Assembly: GCA_000004985.1 (NCBI GenBank)
Contig: GG738890.1
Direction: 5' to 3' (one strand)
DNA: 64,000 bases
DNA from: Naegleria gruberi
Lineage: Eukaryota
Positions 40,875 through 51,556 of the stretch are shown here, piece by piece. The translations under genes were made by a program, and so were the position numbers. The stretch's first letter is position 1. Every line of letters starts with the position of its first letter. The notes under the pieces are model-generated. The model saw only the letters and a list, made by a program, of their open reading frames with translations. It did not search any database and had not been told where the DNA came from.

Positions 40875-43670
40875 TTATTCTGAAATTATTGTTGCGACTG
40901 ATTGGCTTTTGATAATTTCCTTAAGTCTTTCAATTTCCTTTTGTTGTTCTTCAATGAGTCTGTTCTTTTCTTTGAGAAGGTCGATGGTTGCAAATTGATT
41001 ACCCGAAGATTTTCTCTCAAGGATTGGAACTGCCTTTTGTGCTACATTGGTTTTGTATTTTCTCTTTAGGTTGTTTACCTTCTCAAGAATTTCACCTGCT
41101 GTTGGTCTATTGTTAGGATCTGTATCAATACATTGCTTAACAATTGCCATTTCTTCTGGGAACTTTTTGACCATTTCAGAAGGTATTATACCATCTTTCA
41201 AATCTTTCAAAATAAATGCTCGTTCTGTACGGGTTCCAAATGGATGCAACAATTCAAACAAAATTACACCCAAACTATAAATATCAGCCTTTTCATTATA
41301 CTGTGAATTGGATAATTGTTCCAAACTTGCATAGAAATATGTGCCTACACCCACAGTGTGATCAATGTTTGTTGGACTACATGGTCTGTTCATGATTATG
41401 CACGAACTTGAATCATGAGGTCCATCACAACTTGCTCTATTGTGATTTATAGTTTCAAAGCAATATTTGGCAAGTCCAAAATCTCCAATTTTAACAGTAT
41501 TGTCTGATGAAAGGAAAATGTTAGAAGGCTTCAAATCACGATGGATAACTCCTCTTTCGTGTATATGTTTGATGCCATCACAAATTTGACCAAAGAAATG
41601 CAATGCTTCATTCATATTCAGCTTCTTATCTTGAGTTCTTTCAGTTGACCATAACCAATCATCTAGTGTATGAGGATTGCACAACTGCATTTGAATGAAA
41701 AGTACCATCTCGAATTTGTTATTTTTCTCATTGAACATGTCTTTGAGTACTCGGAAGAGATGGCTCGTAGTCTTTTTCTTTTCTACAGCAAATTCAAGAT
41801 AACTCATATCTGTAGGAGGTGAAAAAGGGAGCTCGAAAGTTGATTCCATATTTGCAACTGATCCAGAATTGAAACTAGTTTCTGGGCTCATCTCGAAAGT
41901 TAAAGTGTTAGGAAAAACTGTTTTAGGACTTCTTCTATTGACATCAACATGAGGAATAATATCATTCTCTTCCTCATCATCTGAATCAGTAGCATATCCC
42001 ATACTGGAGAAACGTTCCAAATTAGAAGTGCTCATTGATGATTTGAAATCTGATCGGTCGTGATTAGTGTGAGATCCTCCAGTTTCATCTTCTTCTGGTG
42101 GAAGTTCATCGTCATGCATACCATTGGTGTTTGGCTCAAACCAAGCTTGGTTATATCTTACAATATTTGGATGGTCCAAAGCTGCCAAAGCTCTCACTTC
42201 TCTAATTACTTGCTTGTAGACATCTTTTAATTCTTGACTATCTTTGAATGAGAATTTAATCTTCTTGATAGCATAGTAGTGACCATCAATCTTGTGTTTA
42301 CAAACGAACACAACACCAAAAGCACCTCTACCAATTCTTTGTTTGTGATAAAAATCTGATTTGTATCTACTAGGACTGAAAAAGAGTGAATCAAACAAAG
42401 GCAAGGATGTCAGTAAAGTTGAAGATTTGTTTGGTGCATATTCATTACTGTTAGCTGAGAGGAAGGAGTGATAACTTTCCGATCTTGGCAAGCTGCCAAC
42501 CTTTGGTGCTTTGCTTTTTCCTGTTCCACTCACATCATCAGGTTGTACCTTTGAATGTTTAGTGTTGATGTTATCAGTGTCTTCCAGACTGATTGGCCAA
42601 TGCTCTATCACATCCTTCACAAAATCCTTACATCTCTTTTTCAGAACACGAGGATCCAACAAGCTAGTATCATTCAGAAATCCACCAGCGTGCAACTTTT
42701 TACACAATGAAAGGAAAAAGTTAGGATCTGGATTATATTGCCTTGCCACATGTTGTAATAAGAACAATACAAGGGTATCCTTCTTGTCTGGTTCCACTCC
42801 GATTTGTTGTTTAACAGAAGAGAATGAATCTTTTTGCTTTGCTGCTTCCAAACTCAGTGAAGAAATAGAAATGTCAGCATCACTGTCTTCATATTCCTCG
42901 TTTTCATTATCGCTTTCACTATCAGAGTTTGCTTCCGAATCTTCTCCAGAATCTTCAGCCAAGTTAGATTTAAACCAAGTTTTTCTACTCTCTTTCATCT
43001 TGCCAAATTCCGTCTTTGGTTGGTAGGATTTGCTCATGGATTTGTCTTCATCAGACTGTTCTCCATCAGATTCATCCGAAGAAGATGTAGACTCTTCTTC
43101 AGATTCTTCACTATCGGAGCTTGTGTAATACTTTTTCTTTGGGAAAAAGTTTGGTTTTGCAGAGGATGACAAGTATCCTCCTGATGGGAGTGTAGAGCTC
43201 AAAACACCAGCCACATCATCCTCTTCGTCCTCTTCAAAATCTCTTCTTCTATGTTGTGATTTGTTTTGCAAAAATTCATACATTTCATTTACAAGTACCT
43301 CATCATGAGGACTCAGCTTTTTTGGTGTCTTTTCCTTCCTTTTAATTTCATGAAAATCATTACTACTTCTAACAGAAGGAACAGAAGAACGACTCGTACT
43401 TTCATCTTCCAAATCATAGTGTAGCGATGAATCATAGGATCCAAATATTTTAGAATCTGGAAGATAATTTTCGTGGTTCATGATGATAGGTGTGGACTTG
43501 GTAGGTGTTTGTCTTGCTTTAGATGATGGAAATGAGGGTATTGGCTTGGTAGTAGTGTTGTTGTTGTTATTACTAAAGTAAGATCCAGTAGGTAGATGAT
43601 TAGAGGGTGTTGTTGGAGATGCACTCATCCCTTTGTGTTGTGGTGGTTGTGGTTTTACTTTTTGGAACAT
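40875..43670 (-). CDS. eIF2-alpha kinase family Ser/Thr protein kinase
   Basis: 931 aa. Kinase subdomains 'RIGRGAFGVVFVCKHKIDGHYYAIKKI' and 'HRDLKPSNIFL' / 'KIGDFGLA'. The eIF2AK-signature 'LFIQMQLC' follows a long kinase insert. The ~430-aa N-terminus is low-complexity S/D/E-rich. Confidence 0.75.
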   Translation of the reverse strand: MFQKVKPQPPQHKGMSASPTTPSNHLPTGSYFSNNNNNTTTKPIPSFPSSKARQTPTKSTPIIMNHENYLPDSKIFGSYDSSLHYDLEDESTSRSSVPSVRSSNDFHEIKRKEKTPKKLSPHDEVLVNEMYEFLQNKSQHRRRDFEEDEEDDVAGVLSSTLPSGGYLSSSAKPNFFPKKKYYTSSDSEESEEESTSSSDESDGEQSDEDKSMSKSYQPKTEFGKMKESRKTWFKSNLAEDSGEDSEANSDSESDNENEEYEDSDADISISSLSLEAAKQKDSFSSVKQQIGVEPDKKDTLVLFLLQHVARQYNPDPNFFLSLCKKLHAGGFLNDTSLLDPRVLKKRCKDFVKDVIEHWPISLEDTDNINTKHSKVQPDDVSGTGKSKAPKVGSLPRSESYHSFLSANSNEYAPNKSSTLLTSLPLFDSLFFSPSRYKSDFYHKQRIGRGAFGVVFVCKHKIDGHYYAIKKIKFSFKDSQELKDVYKQVIREVRALAALDHPNIVRYNQAWFEPNTNGMHDDELPPEEDETGGSHTNHDRSDFKSSMSTSNLERFSSMGYATDSDDEEENDIIPHVDVNRRSPKTVFPNTLTFEMSPETSFNSGSVANMESTFELPFSPPTDMSYLEFAVEKKKTTSHLFRVLKDMFNEKNNKFEMVLFIQMQLCNPHTLDDWLWSTERTQDKKLNMNEALHFFGQICDGIKHIHERGVIHRDLKPSNIFLSSDNTVKIGDFGLAKYCFETINHNRASCDGPHDSSSCIIMNRPCSPTNIDHTVGVGTYFYASLEQLSNSQYNEKADIYSLGVILFELLHPFGTRTERAFILKDLKDGIIPSEMVKKFPEEMAIVKQCIDTDPNNRPTAGEILEKVNNLKRKYKTNVAQKAVPILERKSSGNQFATIDLLKEKNRLIEEQQKEIERLKEIIKSQSVATIISE

Positions 43671-44797
43671 GTTGTTGCTGTTATCGTGGAATAGTGGATT
43701 ATATTAATTTACAAGTCTATAGTTGTTGTTTTGTTGTATGTTTTACAGGATTATATATTCATTCGTTTTGTCTCGGGTATAGGTTTTCAAAATCCACACA
43801 GATGATACCAAAATCCGATTCTAAATTCAAGTATTTACAAAATGTTGTTATTGTTGTTACTATTATTGTTGTTGTTGTAGTAGCAAAATATTCTTCAACT
43901 TGCTATCCAAAGTCAGTGATTGGTGAATGTCGTCGCAGTAGCAATATCAGAGAGATGAGAGAAGAAGGACGGTTGCTTGTCCTTGATAGCCAGAGAGCGG
44001 GACAGTATTGAAATTTTTTTAAAAGAAAAACTTCAGCTTCAGATTCTCTCTACGTGGTGGAAGGCAGTTGTAGTACTACAAGAAAGAGAACAAGATATTC
44101 TGAACACAATTGAGAAAATGATGGTATTTTGCTGATTTGCGGATGGGTTTATTTTCCAGAGTCACTCAATCAAGGATTTTGATCAAAAAGATTGGTTTTC
44201 TTTCTTGTATCAATATTCCGAGAATGATTGGATTTTTTTTTGATTGAAGTTAGCGCCCAAATATTCTTCTCCTCTGAAGCTTTAAAAATTTGAATCGGGA
44301 AAGTTTGAAGTTCGGAAGAGATTACCTTATCTACCTCATGAATGGTTCATGGAAATGGAGAATGGACTATTCAATGATCAAATTTGATTGTATTGAGAGA
44401 TTGCTTCGAGAATTTTGTTGGTTGCATGTGAAGAAAATCTGTTGTGTTTTATTACAACGGTTTTTATTTGAAGTTTGCTCAGAGTTTACAATGACAAGTC
44501 ATCATGCAAATTTGTACAATCAAAACATTGAACACGTTTTCAAAGAAATTTATTGTTACTAACTGAATGACGGTGATTCATCATTTCCTGAAACGTTGAT
44601 TTAGAACTTGAGATCTTTTTCAATGTTCTCACCATTAGAAACTAAAAGGAGTACTAGAGCATTGAATGTGTGGCCACACTACAGTTACTCTTTACCATAT
44701 TTAAATGTGTTCAATTTCCAAACCAACGTAGCTAATTGCAACTTGCATGTAACTGTTATTTGTTCCGTTGTAATCAAGTTCATTTCCATTGAAAAAA

Positions 44798-47509
44798 ATG
44801 TCTGATTTGCTCCAGCAGATTGTTGGTGATGAGGACGAATACTATGATGACGATGACGACGATTATGATTACGATGAAGAATACAATGATGAAGAAGAAG
44901 AAGGAGGAGAAGAGGAAGAAATAATAGAAGAGAATGATGCGGAAGAAATTATTGAACAAACTAAAGCTAATCTAACATTTAAAAATCACTCCGAACGAAA
45001 GCAAGAATTAAAACAGAACAAACATACAAAATCTAAACTAGTTGCTTCCAGTAATGATAATCATCATCACTCAGAACAAGTATTAGAAATTTCGGAAGAG
45101 GAAATGGAATACTATAAACAATTGAAACTCTATGGAATTAATGGTCCACCAAAGAAGGAAGATGGTGAATTGAATGAGGAAATTAATTTCAAATTGGATG
45201 TTTTACAATCCTCTAAAATGTTTTTCGAAAGTGTACAGCCGACATTGGTTACTATTTATTCTGGATCTAAATTATATGATGATCAGTACAGACACCTTCG
45301 TCAAAATTCATATAGATTAATTAGAGAGAAGGGTTATCAAACAGATCAAGAAATGATGGCAGCAGAGTTGACTCATCCAAGATTATTAGTGGATATTATG
45401 CCTCTTTCAAAATCTATTGACTATGTGCAACAGATTATGAACAGAACTGAACATTTGAGCTGTTTATCATCCGATATGAAATATTTATATATTTATGGAG
45501 GAAAGTATAGAAATTCACTTCGAGATGATTTTATTCAATACGAGATACTAACAGGTAAAATGAATATTTACAATAATTTGAGTTTAGCATCCCATATTGA
45601 TAATTATCAGGGAACTTGTATTGTAATACCTCCATTATTTGGTGGGGGAATGTTTGAGCATGATGGTAAAGTCTATATTATTGGAAAGGGAGAAAAATCT
45701 CCAAGTACTCATATTTACACAATTGAAAATCTTAGAGAACCAATGAAGGTTAAAAACGGAATCAGTGCAGGTTATCCTTGGTCATATCAGCATGTAAATA
45801 CTATATTTAATAGTAGAACTTTTTTTACTATCCATCATTCATATGAATCAAATGTTTTGGAAGTTTTCTTATTTGGAGGAAAATGTGCAGAAAAAGCTAT
45901 GGATGAGATGATTAATATTCACATTCCAATACAAAATTCATATGTACAACCTATTACCTATACTGTATTGACAAAACCTAAAGTTGGAGAGTGGCCATCA
46001 GCAAGATATGGCCACTCTTCTTGTAACATAGCAAATCTTATATTTATTTATGGTGGTATAAATACCAAGAATCAATTATTGAATGATCTATACATGTTCG
46101 ATACAACCACTCAAGTTTGGACTGAAGTCAGTGTCGAATCAATGCTTCCACCACCTCTCTTTAAGCACCAATCATTCTCAATTAATAACCAATCTTTTTA
46201 TATATTTGGTGGTCAAACTCAACACGACGCTTCCAACTCACTATTTAGATTTGATATAACAGACAAGAAGTGGTACTTGATCGAGGTTATTTCAGATGAA
46301 AGAAATGCAAAATTGTCAGGTCATCAATGCTTGGCAACCAGTAACAAGTTATTCATTATTGGTGGAGTTTCTGATCAGGAAAATACCAAATCAATGAGAA
46401 ATTTCAGTGTTCTCTTGAATGTGAGTGATCCAGGAAAACCTATCCCAATCTGTAATTATTTATCTACCAAGAGAAGAGAAGGATATTTGTGTGACATTAT
46501 TTTTAGAGTTAAGGATATGGGAACCGATACTACAAGTCACATTTTGGCACATCGGTGCATTCTAAAAGCAAGATGTTCCTACCTAACTGAAAAATTTTCA
46601 AACTGTGTAGAAACTATGAATACTCATAATTTTGAAGGAACATTTCTAGATGAGGAAATTGGAGTGGTGGATATATCTGAATGTCAAACACACATTTTTG
46701 AAAAATATTTGGAATTCTTGTATAGTGGATCTCTTTATTTGGAGAATTTAGAGGTGGTTAGTCAATTTTTGGAATTTGTAAAGAATATTTCTACAGAAAG
46801 ACACTACCCTTCCCTTCAAAAGATTTGTACATTGGATAGTAGAAAGGATTTGAGTTTGACCAAACAAATTTTGGCCGATATGCACAAGGATTTTGCCACT
46901 CTGATTGACGACAATACCTATAGCGATGTAGTGGTAGTTTTGGATCAGGAAAATATGTTTGAAAAGGATTCTGTTCCTATGGAAGATGGGGAATTCAACG
47001 AAGAGCTTCTTTCTCCTCTCACTTCAGCCACTATTTCTTCTTCTGGAATTTCTGTACATAGGCTCATCATGTCCAGATCACCATTCTTCTCTAGAATGTT
47101 TGTAACATCTGGCATGATGGAAACCAAAGAGAAAGTTGTACACTTGTCAGACTATTCCAAAGAAGTAATGATTGATCTCTTAAAGTATTTATACACAGAT
47201 ATTATTCAACTCTCTCCAAGCAATTGTTTGGGTGTGCTAGTATATTCCCTCATGTTTGACTTGACAGATTTGGCAAGTTGTTGCAGAAGAATGGTAATTT
47301 CACTACTGGACAACAGCACTGTGTGGGTGGTTCATGAAATTGCCATTCTCTACAATGAAAAATCCTTAGAGAGCGAATGTGAGCACTTTATTGCTAACAA
47401 CTTTGTGACTCTGAATTCGAGTTCTGCATTTTTAGACCTGCCAGATATGACTAGAATTAGAATTAAACAACTCTACGAAAGAAAGTATCATAAGAATAAG
47501 ACTAAATGA
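44798..47509 (+). CDS. Kelch-repeat protein with two BTB/POZ domains (LZTR1-like)
   Basis: ~903 aa. Acidic N-terminus, then Kelch beta-propeller blades ('LYIYGGKYRN', 'LIFIYGGINTKNQLLNDLYMFD', 'FYIFGGQTQ', 'LFIIGGVSD'), then two BTB domains ('YLCDIIFRVKDMGTDTTSHILAHRCILKARCSYL', 'YSDVVVVLDQ...VHRLIMSRSPFFSRMF'). The ORF-track start at 44789 is a TTG. The ATG at 44798 has gaaaaaaaATGtct context. Confidence 0.7.
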   Translation: MSDLLQQIVGDEDEYYDDDDDDYDYDEEYNDEEEEGGEEEEIIEENDAEEIIEQTKANLTFKNHSERKQELKQNKHTKSKLVASSNDNHHHSEQVLEISEEEMEYYKQLKLYGINGPPKKEDGELNEEINFKLDVLQSSKMFFESVQPTLVTIYSGSKLYDDQYRHLRQNSYRLIREKGYQTDQEMMAAELTHPRLLVDIMPLSKSIDYVQQIMNRTEHLSCLSSDMKYLYIYGGKYRNSLRDDFIQYEILTGKMNIYNNLSLASHIDNYQGTCIVIPPLFGGGMFEHDGKVYIIGKGEKSPSTHIYTIENLREPMKVKNGISAGYPWSYQHVNTIFNSRTFFTIHHSYESNVLEVFLFGGKCAEKAMDEMINIHIPIQNSYVQPITYTVLTKPKVGEWPSARYGHSSCNIANLIFIYGGINTKNQLLNDLYMFDTTTQVWTEVSVESMLPPPLFKHQSFSINNQSFYIFGGQTQHDASNSLFRFDITDKKWYLIEVISDERNAKLSGHQCLATSNKLFIIGGVSDQENTKSMRNFSVLLNVSDPGKPIPICNYLSTKRREGYLCDIIFRVKDMGTDTTSHILAHRCILKARCSYLTEKFSNCVETMNTHNFEGTFLDEEIGVVDISECQTHIFEKYLEFLYSGSLYLENLEVVSQFLEFVKNISTERHYPSLQKICTLDSRKDLSLTKQILADMHKDFATLIDDNTYSDVVVVLDQENMFEKDSVPMEDGEFNEELLSPLTSATISSSGISVHRLIMSRSPFFSRMFVTSGMMETKEKVVHLSDYSKEVMIDLLKYLYTDIIQLSPSNCLGVLVYSLMFDLTDLASCCRRMVISLLDNSTVWVVHEIAILYNEKSLESECEHFIANNFVTLNSSSAFLDLPDMTRIRIKQLYERKYHKNKTK

Positions 47510-47530
47510 ACTCTAGATGGTGGAAAGGTT

Positions 47531-48592
47531 TCAAAGCAGCTTGATTCTCCAAAATAGAATTCTATTGTCATAGCTTGCAGTGGAGAAGCTAATTTGATGA
47601 GATTCCTTTTTGAATAGTTGTAAACTGTGAATGTGTTTTGAATGGTAGATTCCTCTTTCATTTTCCAACTTTCCAACAAATTTCCATTCATTGCCATTTT
47701 GCAATTCGAATAGAAATGGTGCATTATCATAACCAGCAGCTATAAAATGCTGTGTTGAAACAAAAATTCCACAAGTAAACGCCAATCCACTGTGTAATAT
47801 TTCCTGTTTCGGATAATCTTTAAAGCTTGGATCCAACTTATCATTCGTATATCTATAAAACAAAATTGATGAATTTGAACAAAGAACTGCCAACCATAAC
47901 CCATCTGGAGAGAATTCCAAATAATTTGCCTTATTTTCCAATAGCCTTCTCATATAAACAGTACCATACCTATCTTTTGTTCTTTCTTCATTCCACTTAC
48001 TTGCACAATAGATCAGTAAACTATTCGAAACATCCACACAAGCAATAGTTCGACAATTGGGATGCCAAGCACAAGCAATTGCTGCAGAATTTAATTTCTT
48101 TAATTTTGCAAATCCAAAAGCAGTTTCTTCTTCATAATGACAAACAGAAAGAGTTTGATGAGATCCAACAGCAAATCTAGAGCCATCTTTCGCCCATTTG
48201 CAGAAGAAACATGGAGAACGGCTTCTTGTTAGGATTTTGATACAGTTTTTTAAAGTGTGTTCATGATTTTCGTCTAGTTTCCACAATTTACACATCTTTC
48301 CAATAGAATAGGTTGAACAGGTTACAATCGTGTTGGTTTCTTGATTCCAATCAAATTTAATTTCAGTATCTATGGTTTCCGAATCTTCATCATTCAAAGT
48401 AGAATCAATAATATATTTACAATCACTTTTCGAATAATCCATTCCGAATTCATTATCTGAATCCATACGAAACGGATTAAAATCTTGAGGAATTTGATAA
48501 ATAAATATGAGAGAAGTATTTTTCTTGCTGATTGCTAATAAATTTCCATTCCAAACGTGATGTGATAGAAATTGTTCACCAGTGTTTGCCAT
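47531..48592 (-). CDS. arpc1: Arp2/3 complex subunit ARPC1 (p41-Arc), WD40
   Basis: 353 aa. Blocks align with ARPC1: 'FDWNQETNTIVTCS', 'CFFCKWAKDGSRFAVGSHQTLSVCHYEEE', 'ACAWHPNCRTIACVDVSNSLLIY', 'IAAGYDNAPFLFELQNGNEWKFVGKL'. aaaaaaaATG start. Converges within 21 nt of the previous gene. Confidence 0.65.
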   Translation of the reverse strand: MANTGEQFLSHHVWNGNLLAISKKNTSLIFIYQIPQDFNPFRMDSDNEFGMDYSKSDCKYIIDSTLNDEDSETIDTEIKFDWNQETNTIVTCSTYSIGKMCKLWKLDENHEHTLKNCIKILTRSRSPCFFCKWAKDGSRFAVGSHQTLSVCHYEEETAFGFAKLKKLNSAAIACAWHPNCRTIACVDVSNSLLIYCASKWNEERTKDRYGTVYMRRLLENKANYLEFSPDGLWLAVLCSNSSILFYRYTNDKLDPSFKDYPKQEILHSGLAFTCGIFVSTQHFIAAGYDNAPFLFELQNGNEWKFVGKLENERGIYHSKHIHSLQLFKKESHQISFSTASYDNRILFWRIKLL

Positions 48593-48982
48593 TTTTTTTA
48601 AATGAAATTTTTGTAAACTTCCCTTTCATTGAATTCACAGAATTATTACAATTTTTTCATTAAGCACCAAATCTATCGAAAAACCTTTTTAAGGTTCAGA
48701 TGAAATCTATTCTCACAAATAGGAAGTATACAAAATAAATGTCCTATACCTCCGATTTTTTGATGGAACATGTCGGAATTATTTGTTTATCTCCTTCAAC
48801 AGCAAATCTCTAGCTCGACAGAAAACCTTAGAATAAAATTCAAAGCTAAAACACTGAAAAAAACGCGCCATTTGTTGCGAGCTGCTTGAAGAGTTTCATT
48901 TCTATTGTCGTTTTTCTTTATTTGCTTGATAATTTTGATATATTTTGTTGTAATATTAATAATTCTGTATTAAAAAACAATA

Positions 48983-49408
48983 ATGGAGGATCATAATAAT
49001 TCAATGTTAGTTTCACGTTCGGAATCATCCCTTTCGTTAGTTTCCAATCAAACCAATGAACCACTTCATAAGAGAATGTCGAGTGGAGTTAGTTTGGATG
49101 ATTCCATTGAAATTCTGGAGGAAGGAGCAAATTCTCATCATGGTGATTCCAATGATGTAGATGATAATCATACAAAAATACAAACAACAACAATTAATGG
49201 ACAACGAAGAATTGTGGGCAAACAGCAGCAAGAAAAGAAACATCTTCCTCATGAGCCTGGAATGTTCTCTACATTTGTTGATTCGTTTTTGGAATATGTT
49301 GAAGATGTGTTTGGATTGGGAGGTGATGCAAATAATAATAATGGAGAACATCAAACTCATGATCCTACTGTGGATGCAAAGGCTAATTTTAGTAGTTTTA
49401 TCAATTAA
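48983..49408 (+). CDS. Hypothetical acidic protein
   Basis: 141 aa. aaaaaacaataATG context. Its stop is immediately followed by the 175-bp repeat element. Confidence 0.35.
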   Translation: MEDHNNSMLVSRSESSLSLVSNQTNEPLHKRMSSGVSLDDSIEILEEGANSHHGDSNDVDDNHTKIQTTTINGQRRIVGKQQQEKKHLPHEPGMFSTFVDSFLEYVEDVFGLGGDANNNNGEHQTHDPTVDAKANFSSFIN

Positions 49409-49446
49409 TGAATATCATTTGATGAAGAGTATATTATGAATATCAT

Positions 49447-49622
49447 ATGATGAAGAATAATTTAGGATTTAATTGTAAATATTGTAATTATCAATGAATT
49501 TGGATTATGAATAAACACGTCTCTATTGAGAATAGAGCTACGTGAGCTTGACTTTTCTCTACTTTTAAACTTTCAGCAATTAATTGATAGCATTGACTCT
49601 TTTTCCAATTGTTCTTTTTCAT
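49447..49622 (+). repeat. 175-bp direct repeat element, copy 1 (AATAAA + hairpin module)
   Basis: ~97% identical to 53886..54059. Contains AATAAACACGTCTCTATTGAGAATAGAG (AATAAA followed by a perfect 7-bp inverted repeat CTCTATT/AATAGAG). Confidence 0.7.
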
Positions 49623-49794
49623 CACTAGTGAAAGTTGAATTAAATTTGAAGATGTTCATTTCCATATCTAATGATTTCAATTGTTTTGCCTTACTAATAA
49701 CCTCCAATGTTTTATCATTTGTACTTGAAAAACCATATTGACATCCCAAACAAGTAGAGCTGCATGTTGCTATCTATTCTAACAACACAATAAT

Positions 49795-51422
49795 TCATAA
49801 TAACACACAATTTGGTTCTGATTTTGCTTTGTAATTTGTCACCTCAACTTTTGTCTTATCAATTAAAAGAGTTTTCAATTGATCTATTTTAGATTCATTT
49901 CTAATATTATTTGCTTGAATAGCAAGATGTTTCAATTGTTTCATTTCATTAATGTATTCAGCTCCAATATTTCCAATTCTATTATAACTAACATCAAGTT
50001 CGGTCAATTGTGTCAGTTGGCTTAGAAATTTACATCCTTCATCAGAAATATTATTAAGAGCCATGCTAAGATCAGTCAATTGGGTCAGTTCACTAATATT
50101 TTTACATCCATTATCGGAAATATTATTTCCATTTAGATATAGAATAGTTAGAGATTTCAGATTGGTGATGGATTTGATTGAATCATCGCCTATTGAACTT
50201 GAGCAAATGCGTAAGTCAGTTAATTGTGTCAATGTAGATAAATATTCGAAACTTTCTGCGTTAATCTTATTGTAACTGAATCTGAGACAAGTTAATTGTT
50301 TAAATTGACTGATATGTTTAGCTCCTTCACTTCCTATCTCATTATGACTAATATCAAGTTCAGTTAAATTACCAAGTTGACTAATATATTCCGTTCCTTC
50401 ATTACGAATACTATTATTATTAATTTCCAAAAACATCAACTGTTCCATTTCACTAATGAATTTAGCCCCTTCAGCGCCAATTTTGTTATCATAAATGGAA
50501 AGTCTTGTCAATTGTTTGAGTTTTCTAATTTTCTTACATCCTTCAGCTCGTAGATTATTCTCTATTATGGTAAGAGTAGTTAAGTTTCCCATCTCACTAA
50601 CATATTCGACACCTGTTTCACCAATATAATTGTTACTGATATCAAGATTGGTCAATTGTTTCATTTCACTTATGGATTTAGCACCTTCTTCACCAATTCT
50701 ATTACAATTAATTCCAAGATTGGTCAATTGATTGAGAGCTACAAGATATTTAGCACCTTCTGCACAAATGTCATTCACACCAATATTAAGAATTTTCAAT
50801 TGGCTTAATTGACCTATAAATTTAGCACCTTCTGCTCCCAACTCATTTGTTCTAATATCTAGATTAGTCAACTTTAATTTGGTCAAATAACTAGCTCCTT
50901 CAGCACTTATATTATTCCCATAAAGATTAGCACTTGTCAATTCTTTACATTCGCTCAAATATTTCACACCTTCATTTCCTATTCTATTGTAACCTATTTC
51001 AATACTTGTCAATCTTTTAAAATAATTTAATTATTATTAAATCCAATTGATATTGTCGATTTGTCTTCCACTTTTAGAAAAGTTACATTTTGTAAAAATT
51101 GTGATTTTTGCATTCGTGAATTCTTGTTGTAAAGTTTCAATGAAAGTTTCAATTTTTTTACAATATTTAACCACTGTTTGGAAACAAGTGCGCAATTTAG
51201 AATTAGAAATTTAAAATTTCGAGAATGACACAAGAAGGAAAGAGTCTCTAATAGTGTATCGTCTGAGAATTGTTTCGAATAATTGTTTGTTTCTTCCGAA
51301 TTATTAAACATTAATTTTTTACACTCTATTCCGATACGTGGCGATGATGATTCTTGTTCGGAATGAGAGGATTTAAAATTCGAAACTGGGACTGAAAAAT
51401 TCTTATTGTTCAATTCACTCAT
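49795..51422 (-). pseudogene. F-box/RNI-type LRR gene disrupted by a frameshift (or sequence error)
   Basis: The upstream ORF 51422..51027 encodes the F-box-like N-terminus ('DTLLETLSFLCHSRNFKFLILNCALVSKQWLNIV', atagaaaaaaATG). It stops at 51027-51029. The LRR frame is open only from 51030 downward and the ORF-track start at 51012 is a TTG. There is no plausible GT...AG intron. The break lies in an A/T run aataataattaaatta. Confidence 0.5.
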
Positions 51423-51556
51423 TTTTTTCTATTAACTTTCATACTGTAAAATATATTTTACAATTTTGTAAGTGTCTTAGCAAAAAATGATGAATAAATT
51501 CTGTTTAAAAACCTTAATTTAAATGGTTTTCAAAAAATGCAAAAAACCTTAAAAAA

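Noticed and set aside
43607-44805. ORFs 43607..44011, 44290..44562 and 44608..44805 in the kinase / LZTR1-like intergenic region
   Set aside because: The first overlaps the kinase 5' end on the opposite strand. All three lack A-rich start context and recognisable domains, and are Cys/Leu-rich as expected from AT-rich non-coding sequence.
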